64,000 nucleotides of DNA from Minisyncoccota bacterium (GTDB lineage: Bacteria; Patescibacteriota; Minisyncoccia; Moranbacterales; GCA-2747515): assembly GCA_937936355.1 (NCBI GenBank), contig CALDDM010000002.1, positions 93,173-157,172 on the forward strand. Reading direction: 5' to 3'. The position numbers and the translations under genes were made by a program. This document shows positions 20,126-30,620 of the stretch, in pieces. A model generated the notes under the pieces. It was not told the origin of the DNA and did no database searches. It saw only the letters and a program-made list of their open reading frames with translations. Positions within the stretch are counted from its first letter, which is position 1. Each line of letters opens with the position of its first letter.

Positions 20126-21814
20126 ATGAAATTTTCTTTCCCGAGTCCAAAGACTGACAATGCAAAGGATTATCGTAGGCAGCGTTCACTTGAGGTGATT
20201 CCCGCGATTCTTACATGGACTACGCTTATTGGTATGGTTGCTTTTTCTTATTTCACACCAGTCGCAGTTGCGATTTTTATTATAGCTTTTGATATTTATT
20301 GGATTCATCGGACTGTCTTTATTTCCTACTATTCAATTAAAGCGTATCGGAGACTTAAAAATGACCAAAAAATTGATTGGTTTGCTCGATGTAAGGGGGT
20401 TGAAGACCTTTCTTTGTATAAAGATATCATAAAAGATCGGATTCTTTCTAATTGGAAATTGCGCAAGCATGCAACTCGTGAGGAGGGTAAGCGTTTGCGT
20501 GTCATGCTTTCGCAAGACAAGAAGCTCCTTCTTGACCTTGAGGAATTGCAACAAGAAGATGTTATGGCATGGGAGGATGTGATTCATGTTGTGATGTTGC
20601 CCACTGCTACTGAGTCAGCGCTTAATATAGATCCTGCACTTGAGGCTATTGAAAAAAGCCGCTATCCGAATGAGAAAATTATTATTCTTTTGGCTACGGA
20701 GGAGCGCGAAGACCTAGTTAAGCGTGAGGAGAAGGTTCAATTTCTCACGCATAAATATAAGGATGTTTTTGCAGATTTTATAGTTTCAGTTCATAGGGTT
20801 GCAGATGGTGAGATGAAGTGTAAGGCTTCTAATGCTACGTATGCAGCAAAAAAATTACAAAAATATCTTGATGAAAGAGGTATTGATTATAAGCGCGTCA
20901 TTCTTTCAAATTTTGATTGTGAAAGCGTTGCCCATCCCGAGTATTTTGGAGCTTTGACGTATGCATATATTACTGAGCCAAAACGTCTGCAACGCGCATA
21001 TCAACCAATTCCTTTGTACCACAACAATCTGTGGGAAACGAATGCTTTTGTACGAGTAATTGTTACAAGTTCTTCTTTTTGGCACATGTTTCAAAGTACA
21101 CGGCGTGAAATGGTAACTTTCTCTTCTCATGCGGAAGCGTTTGATACTTTGGTTAAAGTTGATTTTTGGCCAGTTGATATGATTAGTGAGGATTCGATAA
21201 TCTATTGGAAGGGTTATGCATACTTTAATGGTGACTACGCAGTGAAACCGCTTTATGTTCCTGTTTCTATGGATGCTGTCCTCGCTGAAACATACTGGAA
21301 GACAATTGTTAATCAGTATAAGCAAAAGCGTCGCTGGGCGTATGGCATCGAGAATTTTCCAATTATTATGCGGGCGATTTGGCCAAACAAAAAAATACCG
21401 ACTTTTGAGAAAATTCGTATCGGCTTTGAAATGCTCGAAGGCCATCACTCATGGGCAACATCTGCGCTGATGCTTGCACTTCTGGGATGGCTTCCTCTTA
21501 TTTTTGGTGGTCCAGAGTTTAATGAGTTAACGCTTGCTCATAATCTACCCCTTGTAACTCGTTACCTTATGACGATTGCAATGTGTGGATTGATTGTTTC
21601 TGTCGCTCTATCTTTTCTTCTGCTACCGCCACGACCTGAGCATTTGTCGCGAAAGCGTTATGTTTATATGGCGACACAGTGGCTTCTGGTTCCTGTTATC
21701 GCACCTCTTTTGGGTGCTTTGCCTGCTATTGAGTCGCAGACACGTATTTTATTGAAGAGGTATTTCACAGAGTTTTGGGTTACAGAGAAGGTTGTTAAAA
21801 AAGTTGTGAAGTAG
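20126..21814 (+). CDS. Membrane-bound GT2 family glycosyltransferase
   Basis: KASN, FDCE (DxD-like), ISED, and QKRRW (QxxRW) motifs, with TM helices at both ends. Confidence 0.9.
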   Translation: MKFSFPSPKTDNAKDYRRQRSLEVIPAILTWTTLIGMVAFSYFTPVAVAIFIIAFDIYWIHRTVFISYYSIKAYRRLKNDQKIDWFARCKGVEDLSLYKDIIKDRILSNWKLRKHATREEGKRLRVMLSQDKKLLLDLEELQQEDVMAWEDVIHVVMLPTATESALNIDPALEAIEKSRYPNEKIIILLATEEREDLVKREEKVQFLTHKYKDVFADFIVSVHRVADGEMKCKASNATYAAKKLQKYLDERGIDYKRVILSNFDCESVAHPEYFGALTYAYITEPKRLQRAYQPIPLYHNNLWETNAFVRVIVTSSSFWHMFQSTRREMVTFSSHAEAFDTLVKVDFWPVDMISEDSIIYWKGYAYFNGDYAVKPLYVPVSMDAVLAETYWKTIVNQYKQKRRWAYGIENFPIIMRAIWPNKKIPTFEKIRIGFEMLEGHHSWATSALMLALLGWLPLIFGGPEFNELTLAHNLPLVTRYLMTIAMCGLIVSVALSFLLLPPRPEHLSRKRYVYMATQWLLVPVIAPLLGALPAIESQTRILLKRYFTEFWVTEKVVKKVVK

Positions 21815-21934
21815 TTGTAATGTAGATCACGATATTTTTTCGAAGTAATGCGAGAAATTTTTTGGTAGTGACTTTGCATTTTCTTTGAAATATCTTTATA
21901 CTTGTACGTTATTCTAACTGGGTCACATCGTTTT

Positions 21935-22984
21935 ATGTCTCTTTATCTCCCAGCCTTTATTGCTTCTTTTTTTCTGACAACCTTTTCCCTGATTGTCATG
22001 ATTATCGCTCTCTATCGATTTCCTCGGCTTCTCAGCCTTTTTCGTGTGCCTATCGGATTACGGCATCTTGATTCAAGGAGAGCTGTGCGATGTGGCGGTA
22101 TTGCTATAGCAGTTGGTTTTTTTGGTGCAATTTTTTTTGAGCATCGCCTCGTTATAGATGCGCAGACTGAATTTTTTTTGATTGGAGCTTTACTTTTTAC
22201 TTTGTGGGGTTTGCTTGATGATTTCTTTGCGCTTTCGTGGCGTATTCAACTTCTTTTACAATTTGCTACTGCTGTACTTATTGGATCTTTGGGTGTGCGC
22301 ATTTTGGGTGTTGACTTTATGGGTTGGATTGATTTTTCTGCTGGTAGTCTTTTTGACTTATTGGGAGTGCTCTCTCTTTCTCTAACTGTTTTATGGATTG
22401 TTGGCTTGCTGAATGCACTTAATTGGAGTGATGGAGTTGATGGTCTTGCCGGTGGTGTTGTTGTGATCGCTGGCTTTACGCTTTTCTCTCTTTCTTTAAG
22501 GGAGGAGGTTTATCAACCACCGATAGCAATTTTATGTGCAGCGCTTTTTGGTGCTGCGTTGTCATTTACGTTGTTTAATATAGCTCGGTTTACACCGTTG
22601 AGATTGCCATTTCGTTTTATTGCAGGATCTTCTGGCTCGTATATGATGGGTTACACATTGGCGGTTCTTGCAATTTTTTCTGGAGCTAAAATTGGAACCG
22701 CTCTTCTTGTTATGATCGTACCTCTTGTTGATGCTTTGAGTGTCATTTATGATCGTGCTCGTAGTGGTGTGAGTCTTTTTCGTGGAGATGCTCGACATTT
22801 TCATCACATACTGATGTCCCATGGATGGAGCACATCCCGTATTTTGATGCTGTACTATGGATTGACCCTTTTTGGGTCTTCACTGGCGTTGACCACCCAA
22901 TCAACTGGTAAAATTACAGCATTTATTTTGTATGCATTTGTTTTATTTTTTGTAATTAGCTTCGTACGGAAGAAAACTTTATGA
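21935..22984 (+). CDS. Polyprenyl-phosphate N-acetylhexosamine-1-phosphate transferase (WecA/TagO, MraY superfamily)
   Basis: GGIAI, GLLDD, NALNWSDGVDGLA and GDARHFHH motifs; polytopic. Start moved to ATG 21935. Confidence 0.9.
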   Translation: MSLYLPAFIASFFLTTFSLIVMIIALYRFPRLLSLFRVPIGLRHLDSRRAVRCGGIAIAVGFFGAIFFEHRLVIDAQTEFFLIGALLFTLWGLLDDFFALSWRIQLLLQFATAVLIGSLGVRILGVDFMGWIDFSAGSLFDLLGVLSLSLTVLWIVGLLNALNWSDGVDGLAGGVVVIAGFTLFSLSLREEVYQPPIAILCAALFGAALSFTLFNIARFTPLRLPFRFIAGSSGSYMMGYTLAVLAIFSGAKIGTALLVMIVPLVDALSVIYDRARSGVSLFRGDARHFHHILMSHGWSTSRILMLYYGLTLFGSSLALTTQSTGKITAFILYAFVLFFVISFVRKKTL

Positions 22985-23406
22985 AAGTACCCTCTTTTAT
23001 TTTTGCTTTTGTTTTTCTTACTTTGTTTCTACTCTTTACTTTGATCACTCCTTATACGGATCGCCTTTCCTTGGTTGGCGGTAGTCTTTTGTTTATACAG
23101 ATTCGTGACACACAGCCAGAGTGGTCGCGTGGTTTATCTGGCCGGACTGATTTGTGCAAATATTGTGGCATGCTTTTCATTTTTCCTGTAGCTTCTGAGC
23201 GCGGGTTTTGGATGAAAGATATGCTCTTTTCCATAGATATGGTGTGGCTTAAGGGGGGCTCAATCGTCCATATTGAGGAAAATGTTTCACATAAGACTCC
23301 TGAGAAAGTATACAAGCCTCCCGTCTTTGTTGATGCAGTTCTTGAACTTCCGTCTGGTGGGGCTGCCAGACGCTCTCTGGACATTGGTGACACGATACGT
23401 TTCTAA
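22981..23406 (+). CDS. DUF192 family protein
   Basis: RGLSGR...GMLFIF...FWMKDMLFSIDMVW...VLELPSG. The start overlaps the upstream stop (ATGA). Confidence 0.92.
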   Translation: MKVPSFIFAFVFLTLFLLFTLITPYTDRLSLVGGSLLFIQIRDTQPEWSRGLSGRTDLCKYCGMLFIFPVASERGFWMKDMLFSIDMVWLKGGSIVHIEENVSHKTPEKVYKPPVFVDAVLELPSGGAARRSLDIGDTIRF

Positions 23407-23509
23407 TGCAGACTTGTTTGACGATTTTCCCTTATGTTGTAAAATGTAAACTATACTTTACATCTTTAGCGTTTTTTTGGAGGCGTTATCTTTTAAAAAA
23501 TATACTATT

Positions 23510-24247
23510 ATGTTGCATTCTGATATCCATACATTTGACGATTCTGGTGATGTCCTTTCGTCGTGTGCGCAGCATCTTTCTCAACTTCTTGCTCGTTACC
23601 ATGATCGGGAAATTTTTCTCTTAATTTCGGGTGGTAGTGTCTTGGATATCCTGGACGTGATTCAGGCTGATTATGTTGGTCCTCACGTGCGAATGTGCGT
23701 TATTGACGATCGGCATGGAGTTGCAAAGGCGGATCAAAATTATTATCAACTTTCACAGACTGACTTTGCGAGTAAGTTCATTGTGGCTGGAGGTATGGTG
23801 TGTGATACCAGCTTTGATGATTCGAGGAGTCTCGAGGCATCTGTAAATCTATTTAGCGCACACATAAAAGGCATTGTTGATCGTAAGCGTTGTGATGATT
23901 CTGTAATAATTTCAGTTTTGGGTATAGGCTCTGATGGTCATACTGCTGGTATTATGCCTTATCCAGGCGAGGAGCTTTTGTTTTCTGAGCTCTTTGATAG
24001 TGCGCGTGATGATTACGTTGTAGGCTATGATGCCGGTGACAAGAATGTATTCCCTTACCGTGTTACAGTAAATATGCGGTTTTTGCGTGAAGTCCCTTCG
24101 CATTGTATTGTGTATGCTGTAGGATCTGAAAAAGAAAAAGCTTTACATGAAGTTTTGAGTGACTCATCTGAGCTTAATGTTTTTCCCGCTCAAATTATTC
24201 ATGACATGAAGGATGTTTATCTTTACACAGATCAGCGCATTCGTTAG
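23510..24247 (+). CDS. pgl: 6-phosphogluconolactonase / glucosamine-6-P isomerase family protein
   Basis: ISGGS, IDDR, LGIGSDGHTAGI, RVT and GSEK motifs; upstream of transaldolase. Start moved to ATG 23510. Confidence 0.82.
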   Translation: MLHSDIHTFDDSGDVLSSCAQHLSQLLARYHDREIFLLISGGSVLDILDVIQADYVGPHVRMCVIDDRHGVAKADQNYYQLSQTDFASKFIVAGGMVCDTSFDDSRSLEASVNLFSAHIKGIVDRKRCDDSVIISVLGIGSDGHTAGIMPYPGEELLFSELFDSARDDYVVGYDAGDKNVFPYRVTVNMRFLREVPSHCIVYAVGSEKEKALHEVLSDSSELNVFPAQIIHDMKDVYLYTDQRIR

Positions 24248-24323
24248 TTGTTTTTATTTATATCAATTGCCTGGACTATATGATCTAATATATGAGATTA
24301 TTTATTTATCAATTTGAATTATT

Positions 24324-25205
24324 ATGCGACCAAAAGAATTAAAAACTAAAATCTTTCTTGATAGTGGGAATCCAGCAGAAACAAAGGAGGCTTTGGGTTT
24401 GATAGGCTTTCTTGATGGGCAAACAACTAATCCATCATTAATCGCTAAGCATCCAGATGCTCAGAAGCGAATTTCTTCTGGGGATCGCTTTAGCGTTTCT
24501 GAGGTTCGTCTTTTTTATAAGGATATTGTACATGAGATCGAGTCTTTGCTTGAACATAATGCTTCTATTTCTATAGAAGTGGCCGCCGATGCTACTACCA
24601 AAGCGGCTGAGATCATCGCACAAGCTCATGATATGAGAACATGGGTAGCACACCCTCATATAAAGATACCTATTACGCATGAGGGTTTGGTTGCTGGTGA
24701 GCAATTGATTGAAGAGGGGATTCACTTAAATTACACGCTGAATTTTTCGCAGCAGCAAGCTGCTGCTGTGCATGCTGCCTCGAGAGGCAGTGAATTCGAG
24801 CAGGTCTACATCTCACCCTTTCGTGGTCGGCTAGATGACAGCGGTGTTGCAGGCGCACATGTGATTAACAATATTCAGGACGCATATGCCTTTATATCTT
24901 CTCCTGTTGGTGTTCTTGTTGCGAGTGTGCGTGATTATGAGACCTTTTTATATGCATTGTACAGAGAGGTTGATATCATAACAGTTCCCTTGAAGATACT
25001 TTCTCAATGGTCTGTAGATGACTTGCAGGTTCCTCACCACATGGATGATCCATCTTATGGCAAGGAAACTGTCTTTATACCTAAGGAAGACTTAGACTTT
25101 GATGCACCATGGCAGTCATTTGACTTGTCCCATCCAAAGACAGATGAGGGGCTGGTGAAATTCGCTTCAGATTGGGCAAAAATTGTCGATGTTTCTATGG
25201 AATAG
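24324..25205 (+). CDS. tal: Transaldolase family protein
   Basis: FLDS, TTNPS, ISIEV, catalytic Lys in HIKIP, NYTLNFS, YISPFRGRLDD, VASVR. The Glu/Phe signature favours transaldolase over fructose-6-P aldolase. Confidence 0.9.
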   Translation: MRPKELKTKIFLDSGNPAETKEALGLIGFLDGQTTNPSLIAKHPDAQKRISSGDRFSVSEVRLFYKDIVHEIESLLEHNASISIEVAADATTKAAEIIAQAHDMRTWVAHPHIKIPITHEGLVAGEQLIEEGIHLNYTLNFSQQQAAAVHAASRGSEFEQVYISPFRGRLDDSGVAGAHVINNIQDAYAFISSPVGVLVASVRDYETFLYALYREVDIITVPLKILSQWSVDDLQVPHHMDDPSYGKETVFIPKEDLDFDAPWQSFDLSHPKTDEGLVKFASDWAKIVDVSME

Positions 25206-25251
25206 TTTTAAGATTTTTTCAATACACCTTTACTACATATTATTTCTGCTT

Positions 25252-26508
25252 ATGAATTCTCCGTATACTAATGCCCTGGAGCAGCTTGATCGTGTTGCTT
25301 CGATCATGGAATTGAATAAACAAACGCATAAGCGATTACAGCTGCCTGAAAAGTTCCACGTCGTTTCTATTCCTGTTGTGATGGATGATGGAGAAGAGAG
25401 AATTTTTATAGGATATCGTAGTCAGTACAATAGTATCTTGGGCCTCTATAAGGGCGGTATTCGTTTTGCGAGTACGGTTGATAAGGATGAGGTGAAGGCT
25501 CTCTCTTTTTGGATGACAATTAAGACTGCTGCTGTTGGGTTGCCTTTGGGTGGTGGAAAGGGGGGTGTTATTGTTGATCCTCGAGGTATGAGCGAGGGTG
25601 AGTTAGAGCGTTTAAGTCGTGGTTGGGTGAAGGCACTTTTTGATGTGATTGGTCCGCGACAAGATGTGCCGGCACCTGATGTTGCTACTAATCCACGCAT
25701 CATGGGTTGGATGACTGACGAGTATTCCAGGATTGCTGGCGAAGCATCACCAGCAGCCTTTACGGGTAAGGATGTGAAAGATGGCGGTATTGTTGCACGC
25801 AGCACATCGACTGCACGTGGTGGATTTTATCTGCTCGAGAAAATTAGGAAGGATAGTGGTAAAGAGCCAGGGGAGATGCGTGTGGCTATCCAAGGGTTTG
25901 GCAATGCTGGTTCATTTTTTGCAAAAATTGCATATGATGCTGGGTATAAAATAATAGGTGTTTCTGATTCTCGTACCTCTGTGATGAGTCAGGGTGGCGC
26001 TGGATTTGATCCGTACGAAGTGCAGAAAATCAAGGAGGAGCAAGGTGCCTTGCAAAATGTGGATGTGCATGATGCGGATGGTGCTGCGTTGCGTGTTGGG
26101 CAACCTCTGGATGTTTTGGGTATGAAGTGTGATGTTTTGGTTCCAGCTGCTGTAGAGAATCAGATTACGCAGGATAATGTTGAGAATGTTGTTGCGCCTT
26201 TGGTTATCGAATTGGCAAATGGTCCAACTACACCAGAGGCTGATCGGATACTTTTTGAGCGAGGCACCTTGGTTGTGCCTGATGTCTTGGCAAATGCTGG
26301 TGGTGTTATTGTCTCCTACTATGAATGGTATCAAAATATTAATGATGAGCAGTGGACTGAGGATGAGGCCAATGAAAAGCTTCGCTTGCAGATTTCACAT
26401 GCTCACAGTTCGATTGAATCTATTGCGCAAGAGTATAAGTCTTCCCTGCGTGATGCTGCATATATTTTTGCATTGCGCGCGTTAGACGATGCGCTACGGA
26501 AGGGATGA
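25252..26508 (+). CDS. gdhA: Glutamate dehydrogenase (Glu/Leu/Phe/Val dehydrogenase family)
   Basis: KGGIRF, GGGKGG, DVPAPD, FTGK, QGFGNAG, ELANGP, PDVLANAGGV. Start moved to ATG 25252. Confidence 0.95.
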   Translation: MNSPYTNALEQLDRVASIMELNKQTHKRLQLPEKFHVVSIPVVMDDGEERIFIGYRSQYNSILGLYKGGIRFASTVDKDEVKALSFWMTIKTAAVGLPLGGGKGGVIVDPRGMSEGELERLSRGWVKALFDVIGPRQDVPAPDVATNPRIMGWMTDEYSRIAGEASPAAFTGKDVKDGGIVARSTSTARGGFYLLEKIRKDSGKEPGEMRVAIQGFGNAGSFFAKIAYDAGYKIIGVSDSRTSVMSQGGAGFDPYEVQKIKEEQGALQNVDVHDADGAALRVGQPLDVLGMKCDVLVPAAVENQITQDNVENVVAPLVIELANGPTTPEADRILFERGTLVVPDVLANAGGVIVSYYEWYQNINDEQWTEDEANEKLRLQISHAHSSIESIAQEYKSSLRDAAYIFALRALDDALRKG

Positions 26509-26668
26509 GATAATCAACTACCCCAATCCAAGTATGCGGGGTAAGACGCTGAACTTACGTGTAATGTCTTTGGTGGCAGAGCTGTGAGGTGCTTGATTTT
26601 CTATACCGCTTCATTTTGGAAATACAGATGACTTTGTCACGGTATTTCATTTGATTTGGATCACAAAT

Positions 26669-26700
26669 AAAAAGGCCCCGCAACAAATGGGGCTTTTTTT
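26669..26700. terminator. Bidirectional intrinsic terminator
   Basis: AAAAAGGCCCC-N9-GGGGCTTTTTTT between convergent gdh and yebC. Confidence 0.8.
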
Positions 26701-26711
26701 AGTTGAATCTC

Positions 26712-27428
26712 TTATTCTTGCTCGACATTCGTAAAGATGTCTTGGACGTCGTCGAGATCATCGAGGACTTCATGGAGGTTTTCAAAGGCTGCCTTTGTAT
26801 CCTGAGAGAGTAAGACGGTCTGGGATGGTTCATAAACGAGGAGTGCTTCTTTGATTGTGTAGCCACTGTCTGTAAGCGATGTTTGTGCTGTGTGAAAGTC
26901 TGCTACTTCTGTTGTTATGACGAGTATGTCTCCATCTTTTTTTACATCTATTGCTCCAGCGTCAATTGCTGTGAGCTCTGCTGCGTCAAAGTCTTTCGGT
27001 TCGATGATGATGATGCCGACGTGAGAGAAGTTGAAGCTTACGCTACCACTGGGGACGAATTTACCGCCATTTTTCTTGAGCGCTGTTTTTACTTCTGTGA
27101 TTGATCGATTGGTATTGTCTGTTGCGCAAACGATAATGAATGCAGATCCTTCGGGTCCCATTGCCTCGTAGATAACTTCTTCAATGCGGTTTGTGCCATC
27201 GCCACCCACAGCAGATTTGATGGCGCGATCGATGTTGTCCTTGGGCATATTTACCTTCCTCGCTCCCTCAATTGCCGTTTTTAATGCATAATTTGTTTCT
27301 GGGTCTCCGCCACCACTTTGTGCGGCTAAGATGATGAGTTTAGAGGCGCGTGAAAAGACTTGTGCACGCTTTGCATCTTGAGCGCCTTTGCGATGTTTGA
27401 TATTTGCCCATTTCGAATGACCTGCCAT
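26712..27428 (-). CDS. yebC: YebC/PmpR family protein
   Basis: MAGHSKWANIKHRKG, NMPKDNIDRAI, TDNTNR and DDVQDIFTN. Confidence 0.97.
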   Translation of the reverse strand: MAGHSKWANIKHRKGAQDAKRAQVFSRASKLIILAAQSGGGDPETNYALKTAIEGARKVNMPKDNIDRAIKSAVGGDGTNRIEEVIYEAMGPEGSAFIIVCATDNTNRSITEVKTALKKNGGKFVPSGSVSFNFSHVGIIIIEPKDFDAAELTAIDAGAIDVKKDGDILVITTEVADFHTAQTSLTDSGYTIKEALLVYEPSQTVLLSQDTKAAFENLHEVLDDLDDVQDIFTNVEQE

Positions 27429-27630
27429 TTTTTTGGATTATCTTGATATTGTATTGCTAGACTAGCATTTCGTACTATACTCGTAAAGAGGGGCTTTTTG
27501 GTTTTTATGTGAAATGATGATAAGGCGATGTGGTTGTTTCACTATAAGCGCTGACTATGCTGATTTACTTCCAATCTATCGTGTCGTTTAATGTGTTTAG
27601 ATTTGAGGATGCTTATATAAAATATATTTG

Positions 27631-28347
27631 ATGGCTAATTTTAATACGCACATTACGATCGCGGCGGCAGGTGCTGGTTTGGCTAGTACCGCCCTTTTTA
27701 AGGCTGGTTATGCCAGTGCGCCTGAAGCACTTGTCCTTACACTCGCTGGGACAATTGGAGGGATTTTGCCAGATGTTGATCTGAAGTATTCTTATCCGAG
27801 TAAGATTATTTTTTCGGTTTTGGGTACACTTATCGGCTTACTTGCTGTTTTTTCTGTGCAGCGTGATGTGAGTGTGGTGGAGTTGTGGGTTTTTGGCTTG
27901 CTTGTTTTTGCTGTGATTCGCTACCTCTTGTGGGGTGTGTTTCATAAATTGACGGTTCATAGAGGTGCTATTCATAGCGTGGCAGCTGGTGTCTTTTTTT
28001 CTCTTGCAACCATAAATCTCAGTTATCATATTCTTGGGCATGACGCAGCCTTTGCGTGGTTTTTGGGATTTTTCATTTTCTATGGCTTTTTGATTCACCT
28101 TATTCTTGACGAGCTCTATAGTGTTGATTTTATGAATCATCGCGTGAAGCGTTCATTTGGCACTGCTTTGAAAATTGTTGACTTGCGTAAGCTGCCCAAT
28201 AGCTGTCTCATAGTGGGACTTTCTGTTTTCCTGTGGTTTCTTGCGCCTGAGAGCGAAGCTTTTGTTGAGGCTCTACTTAATCCTACGAATCGTGATTTTT
28301 TTCGAGACGACTTTTTGCCGAGATTTGAGCAGGGATTTCTGTATTAA
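27631..28347 (+). CDS. Membrane-bound metal-dependent hydrolase (YdjM-like)
   Basis: NTH, GGILPDVD, HRGAIHS and HLILD motifs with multiple TM helices. Confidence 0.88.
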   Translation: MANFNTHITIAAAGAGLASTALFKAGYASAPEALVLTLAGTIGGILPDVDLKYSYPSKIIFSVLGTLIGLLAVFSVQRDVSVVELWVFGLLVFAVIRYLLWGVFHKLTVHRGAIHSVAAGVFFSLATINLSYHILGHDAAFAWFLGFFIFYGFLIHLILDELYSVDFMNHRVKRSFGTALKIVDLRKLPNSCLIVGLSVFLWFLAPESEAFVEALLNPTNRDFFRDDFLPRFEQGFLY

Positions 28348-28416
28348 TGTGGTAATTTGGAATACGAAGATGTCATCATTATTACTATACTCAGATTTGC
28401 TTGTTGATACTTTTAC

Positions 28417-28522
28417 TTGACAAAATTGTGAAAATATGTAAAATGCTTATAGCTACTCCGTCAGAGGGTGGCATGTTGTTTAATATTTTTCCCTAATGAT
28501 GAGCATAAGCTCGGAGTGATAA
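28417..28522 (+). promoter_or_regulatory. Sigma70-type promoter and structured leader, cassette 1
   Basis: TTGACA(28417)-16-TAAAAT; hairpin 28452-28472; GTTGTTTAATA 28475-28485; GAGC-ATAA-GCTC hairpin followed by a GGAG SD. Confidence 0.75.
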
Positions 28523-29230
28523 ATGAAAAGAACTATATTTACAGTTGCGGTAGGTGTGTTGATTGTGATGGGTTGTGAAGGGCAACAGCAATCACAACCC
28601 GCCACACCATCACAGGCTGAGAGACCCGTTTCACATGTGGGAGGGGTTTGTGACGCAGATGGAAATTGCGCTTCAGATTCGCAATTAGATACGAATAACT
28701 ACAGAAATTTATCTAATGAAGGTTTTCAGAATCAGCCATCAGTGCAATCACGGGGTGGTGGTTTCGCCTCGGCTCCTCGGATGCAAGAAATTGTAGCACC
28801 GCAGGGCGCTGACTACACACCACCTCAAAAACCTCGATCAAAAGGATTGTTGCGAGGCTTGAAAGAATCCGTTTCAAAAAATTTTGGCTTCCCTGAAGGT
28901 GAGACATGGCCTGAGCTTCGCAACAGGTTCATTACGCCTTCCTGCCAGAGAAAGGAGCATTATGGTGGGGGCTTTACTTACCATGGTCGATGTCAGGACT
29001 ATGTGGATGGTCAATTGCGTAAATGGCGTGACGAGATGGTCCTCGCTCATCGAGGTAAGCATCCTCAAAGAAAAACTATTACTGACGTGGATCGAGACTT
29101 CAAGAACGCTGCAAAGCAGCATATACAGAATTTAAGATGTGATGCTCAGAGTGATAAAGACTTCTGGGAAAATGGCATCAACGCAGGTTGTGGTGTAGGA
29201 TCACAACAAGGCGGCTTTAACGAAAAATAA
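28523..29230 (+). CDS. Hypothetical lipoprotein with three further Cys pairs
   Basis: Signal peptide ending in the lipobox-like VMGC, SD present, six further Cys. No family recognised. Confidence 0.8.
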   Translation: MKRTIFTVAVGVLIVMGCEGQQQSQPATPSQAERPVSHVGGVCDADGNCASDSQLDTNNYRNLSNEGFQNQPSVQSRGGGFASAPRMQEIVAPQGADYTPPQKPRSKGLLRGLKESVSKNFGFPEGETWPELRNRFITPSCQRKEHYGGGFTYHGRCQDYVDGQLRKWRDEMVLAHRGKHPQRKTITDVDRDFKNAAKQHIQNLRCDAQSDKDFWENGINAGCGVGSQQGGFNEK

Positions 29231-29245
29231 TTAGAAAACAGCCGG

Positions 29246-29273
29246 CGCCCTCGAGATTCTCGAGGGCGTTTTC
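29246..29273 (+). terminator. Intrinsic terminator
   Basis: CGCCCTCGAG-ATT-CTCGAGGGCG followed by TTTTC. Confidence 0.8.
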
Positions 29274-29289
29274 ATTTGGGTTTGGTATA

Positions 29290-29390
29290 TTGACAAAATA
29301 TATATTTTATGTAACAATCATCTCACAATCTACATATAAAAGGTAGATGGTATAGAGTTATTTTACATTTTATCCCAACGGAGATTTATC
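29290..29390 (+). promoter_or_regulatory. Sigma70-type promoter and structured leader, cassette 2
   Basis: TTGACA(29290)-17-AACAAT with an upstream TG; hairpin ATCTAC/GTAGAT 29328-29348; GTTATTTTACA 29357-29367; CCCAACGGAG SD. Confidence 0.65.
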
Positions 29391-30101
29391 ATGAAGTTTC
29401 TGCACTTCCTCATTGCCGCTCTTGTTGTTGCACTTTTGTATCCGCTTATGAATTCAACTGTGACAACCTCAATAGATCACGGTAGTCGTATCGCTGAGAA
29501 TTTTGCTACGCAGGGGACGCAGTTCCTCGCAAGTGTACTTAATCTTGGCTGGGTTATATTGCTTTTTTTGCTTTTTTATAACCTTTTGCCGAGAGTACAA
29601 AATGTTCTTAAGTCCGCCTCTCCTGGTGGAAAAGCGCGGAATTCGAAGGTTCTTGAGCCCATTATGTATGTTCTGACTTGTGCGGCAATGCACTTTTTTG
29701 TTTTCATACCGTATTTTGAGAATTTCATCAGTCATTTTTCTGTTGATTCTCGATACAGAGCTTATGTCTATATTTTTACCCTTTTGATTACATCATACGT
29801 TGTCTATAAAGTTATTGACTGGATCCTTGATCACATTGGTGTGTCAATAGGCCTCGCGCTTCTTGCGGTTGGTGGGTATTTGCTTTATGGCTTTGGAGGG
29901 CTTCCCTCCGGTCTTGCAATACCCCCGGTAAGTGGTGTGAATTTTGACAGTATTTCCCAATTTTTGCGAAATGCCTCTCAGGGTCCATACTTCAAGTATG
30001 TGTTGATTGTGGTAGGTATTATAGCTTTGCTGTTTGTTTTACCTAAATTACTCAAAGGAAGGGGAGAAAGGATGTTAAGTAGATTACGACGGAATCGCTA
30101 A
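29391..30101 (+). CDS. Hypothetical polytopic membrane protein (about 6 TM)
   Basis: Six hydrophobic segments, basic C-terminus, SD present. Confidence 0.78.
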   Translation: MKFLHFLIAALVVALLYPLMNSTVTTSIDHGSRIAENFATQGTQFLASVLNLGWVILLFLLFYNLLPRVQNVLKSASPGGKARNSKVLEPIMYVLTCAAMHFFVFIPYFENFISHFSVDSRYRAYVYIFTLLITSYVVYKVIDWILDHIGVSIGLALLAVGGYLLYGFGGLPSGLAIPPVSGVNFDSISQFLRNASQGPYFKYVLIVVGIIALLFVLPKLLKGRGERMLSRLRRNR

Positions 30102-30149
30102 AAGAATGAAAAGAAATTTTGCGAGATTGTCTATTCCTTCACTTGATTT

Positions 30150-30557
30150 TTGGAGAAAAAAATGACGCACGTTATTGGCGTTCTACTAGTATTACTCTTT
30201 CCTGTGCTAACATTAAAATCATACAGCTTAGGTCGTGATCTGCATGCGGTGTATTTTGCAACAGCTTCTCTTATAGTGCTTGTGATGCTGATTATAGTTT
30301 TTACGGGTGCCAGACAGCTTACAGCGATGGATATGGGTAAGTTTCTGATGTCTATTATAATCACTCTTGGTGTTTTCGCTGGTGCCCTTTTTGTAGGTGT
30401 TTCTCAGTTACCGGCAGTGATCCTGGCAATGATTGCCCTTGTCGTTGTATCGATACGGACATTTACAACGACGCCACATCCCCCGAAAGAGGTGGGGGAA
30501 GATGAAGAACAAAAGTTACTTGAATATAAGCCATCAGATAATTTTATAGACAAGTAA
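30150..30557 (+). CDS. Hypothetical 4-TM membrane protein
   Basis: Four hydrophobic segments and a charged tail. The start may be the ATG at 30162, which has GGAG upstream. Confidence 0.72.
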   Translation: MEKKMTHVIGVLLVLLFPVLTLKSYSLGRDLHAVYFATASLIVLVMLIIVFTGARQLTAMDMGKFLMSIIITLGVFAGALFVGVSQLPAVILAMIALVVVSIRTFTTTPHPPKEVGEDEEQKLLEYKPSDNFIDK

Positions 30558-30572
30558 GAGAAAGATATGTGT

Positions 30573-30600
30573 GCCGCCTGAAATCAGGCGGCCATTTTCT
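30573..30600 (+). terminator. Intrinsic terminator
   Basis: GCCGCCTGA-AA-TCAGGCGGC followed by CATTTTCT. Confidence 0.7.
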
Positions 30601-30620
30601 ATGCTTTTTTCAGTCTTGAC

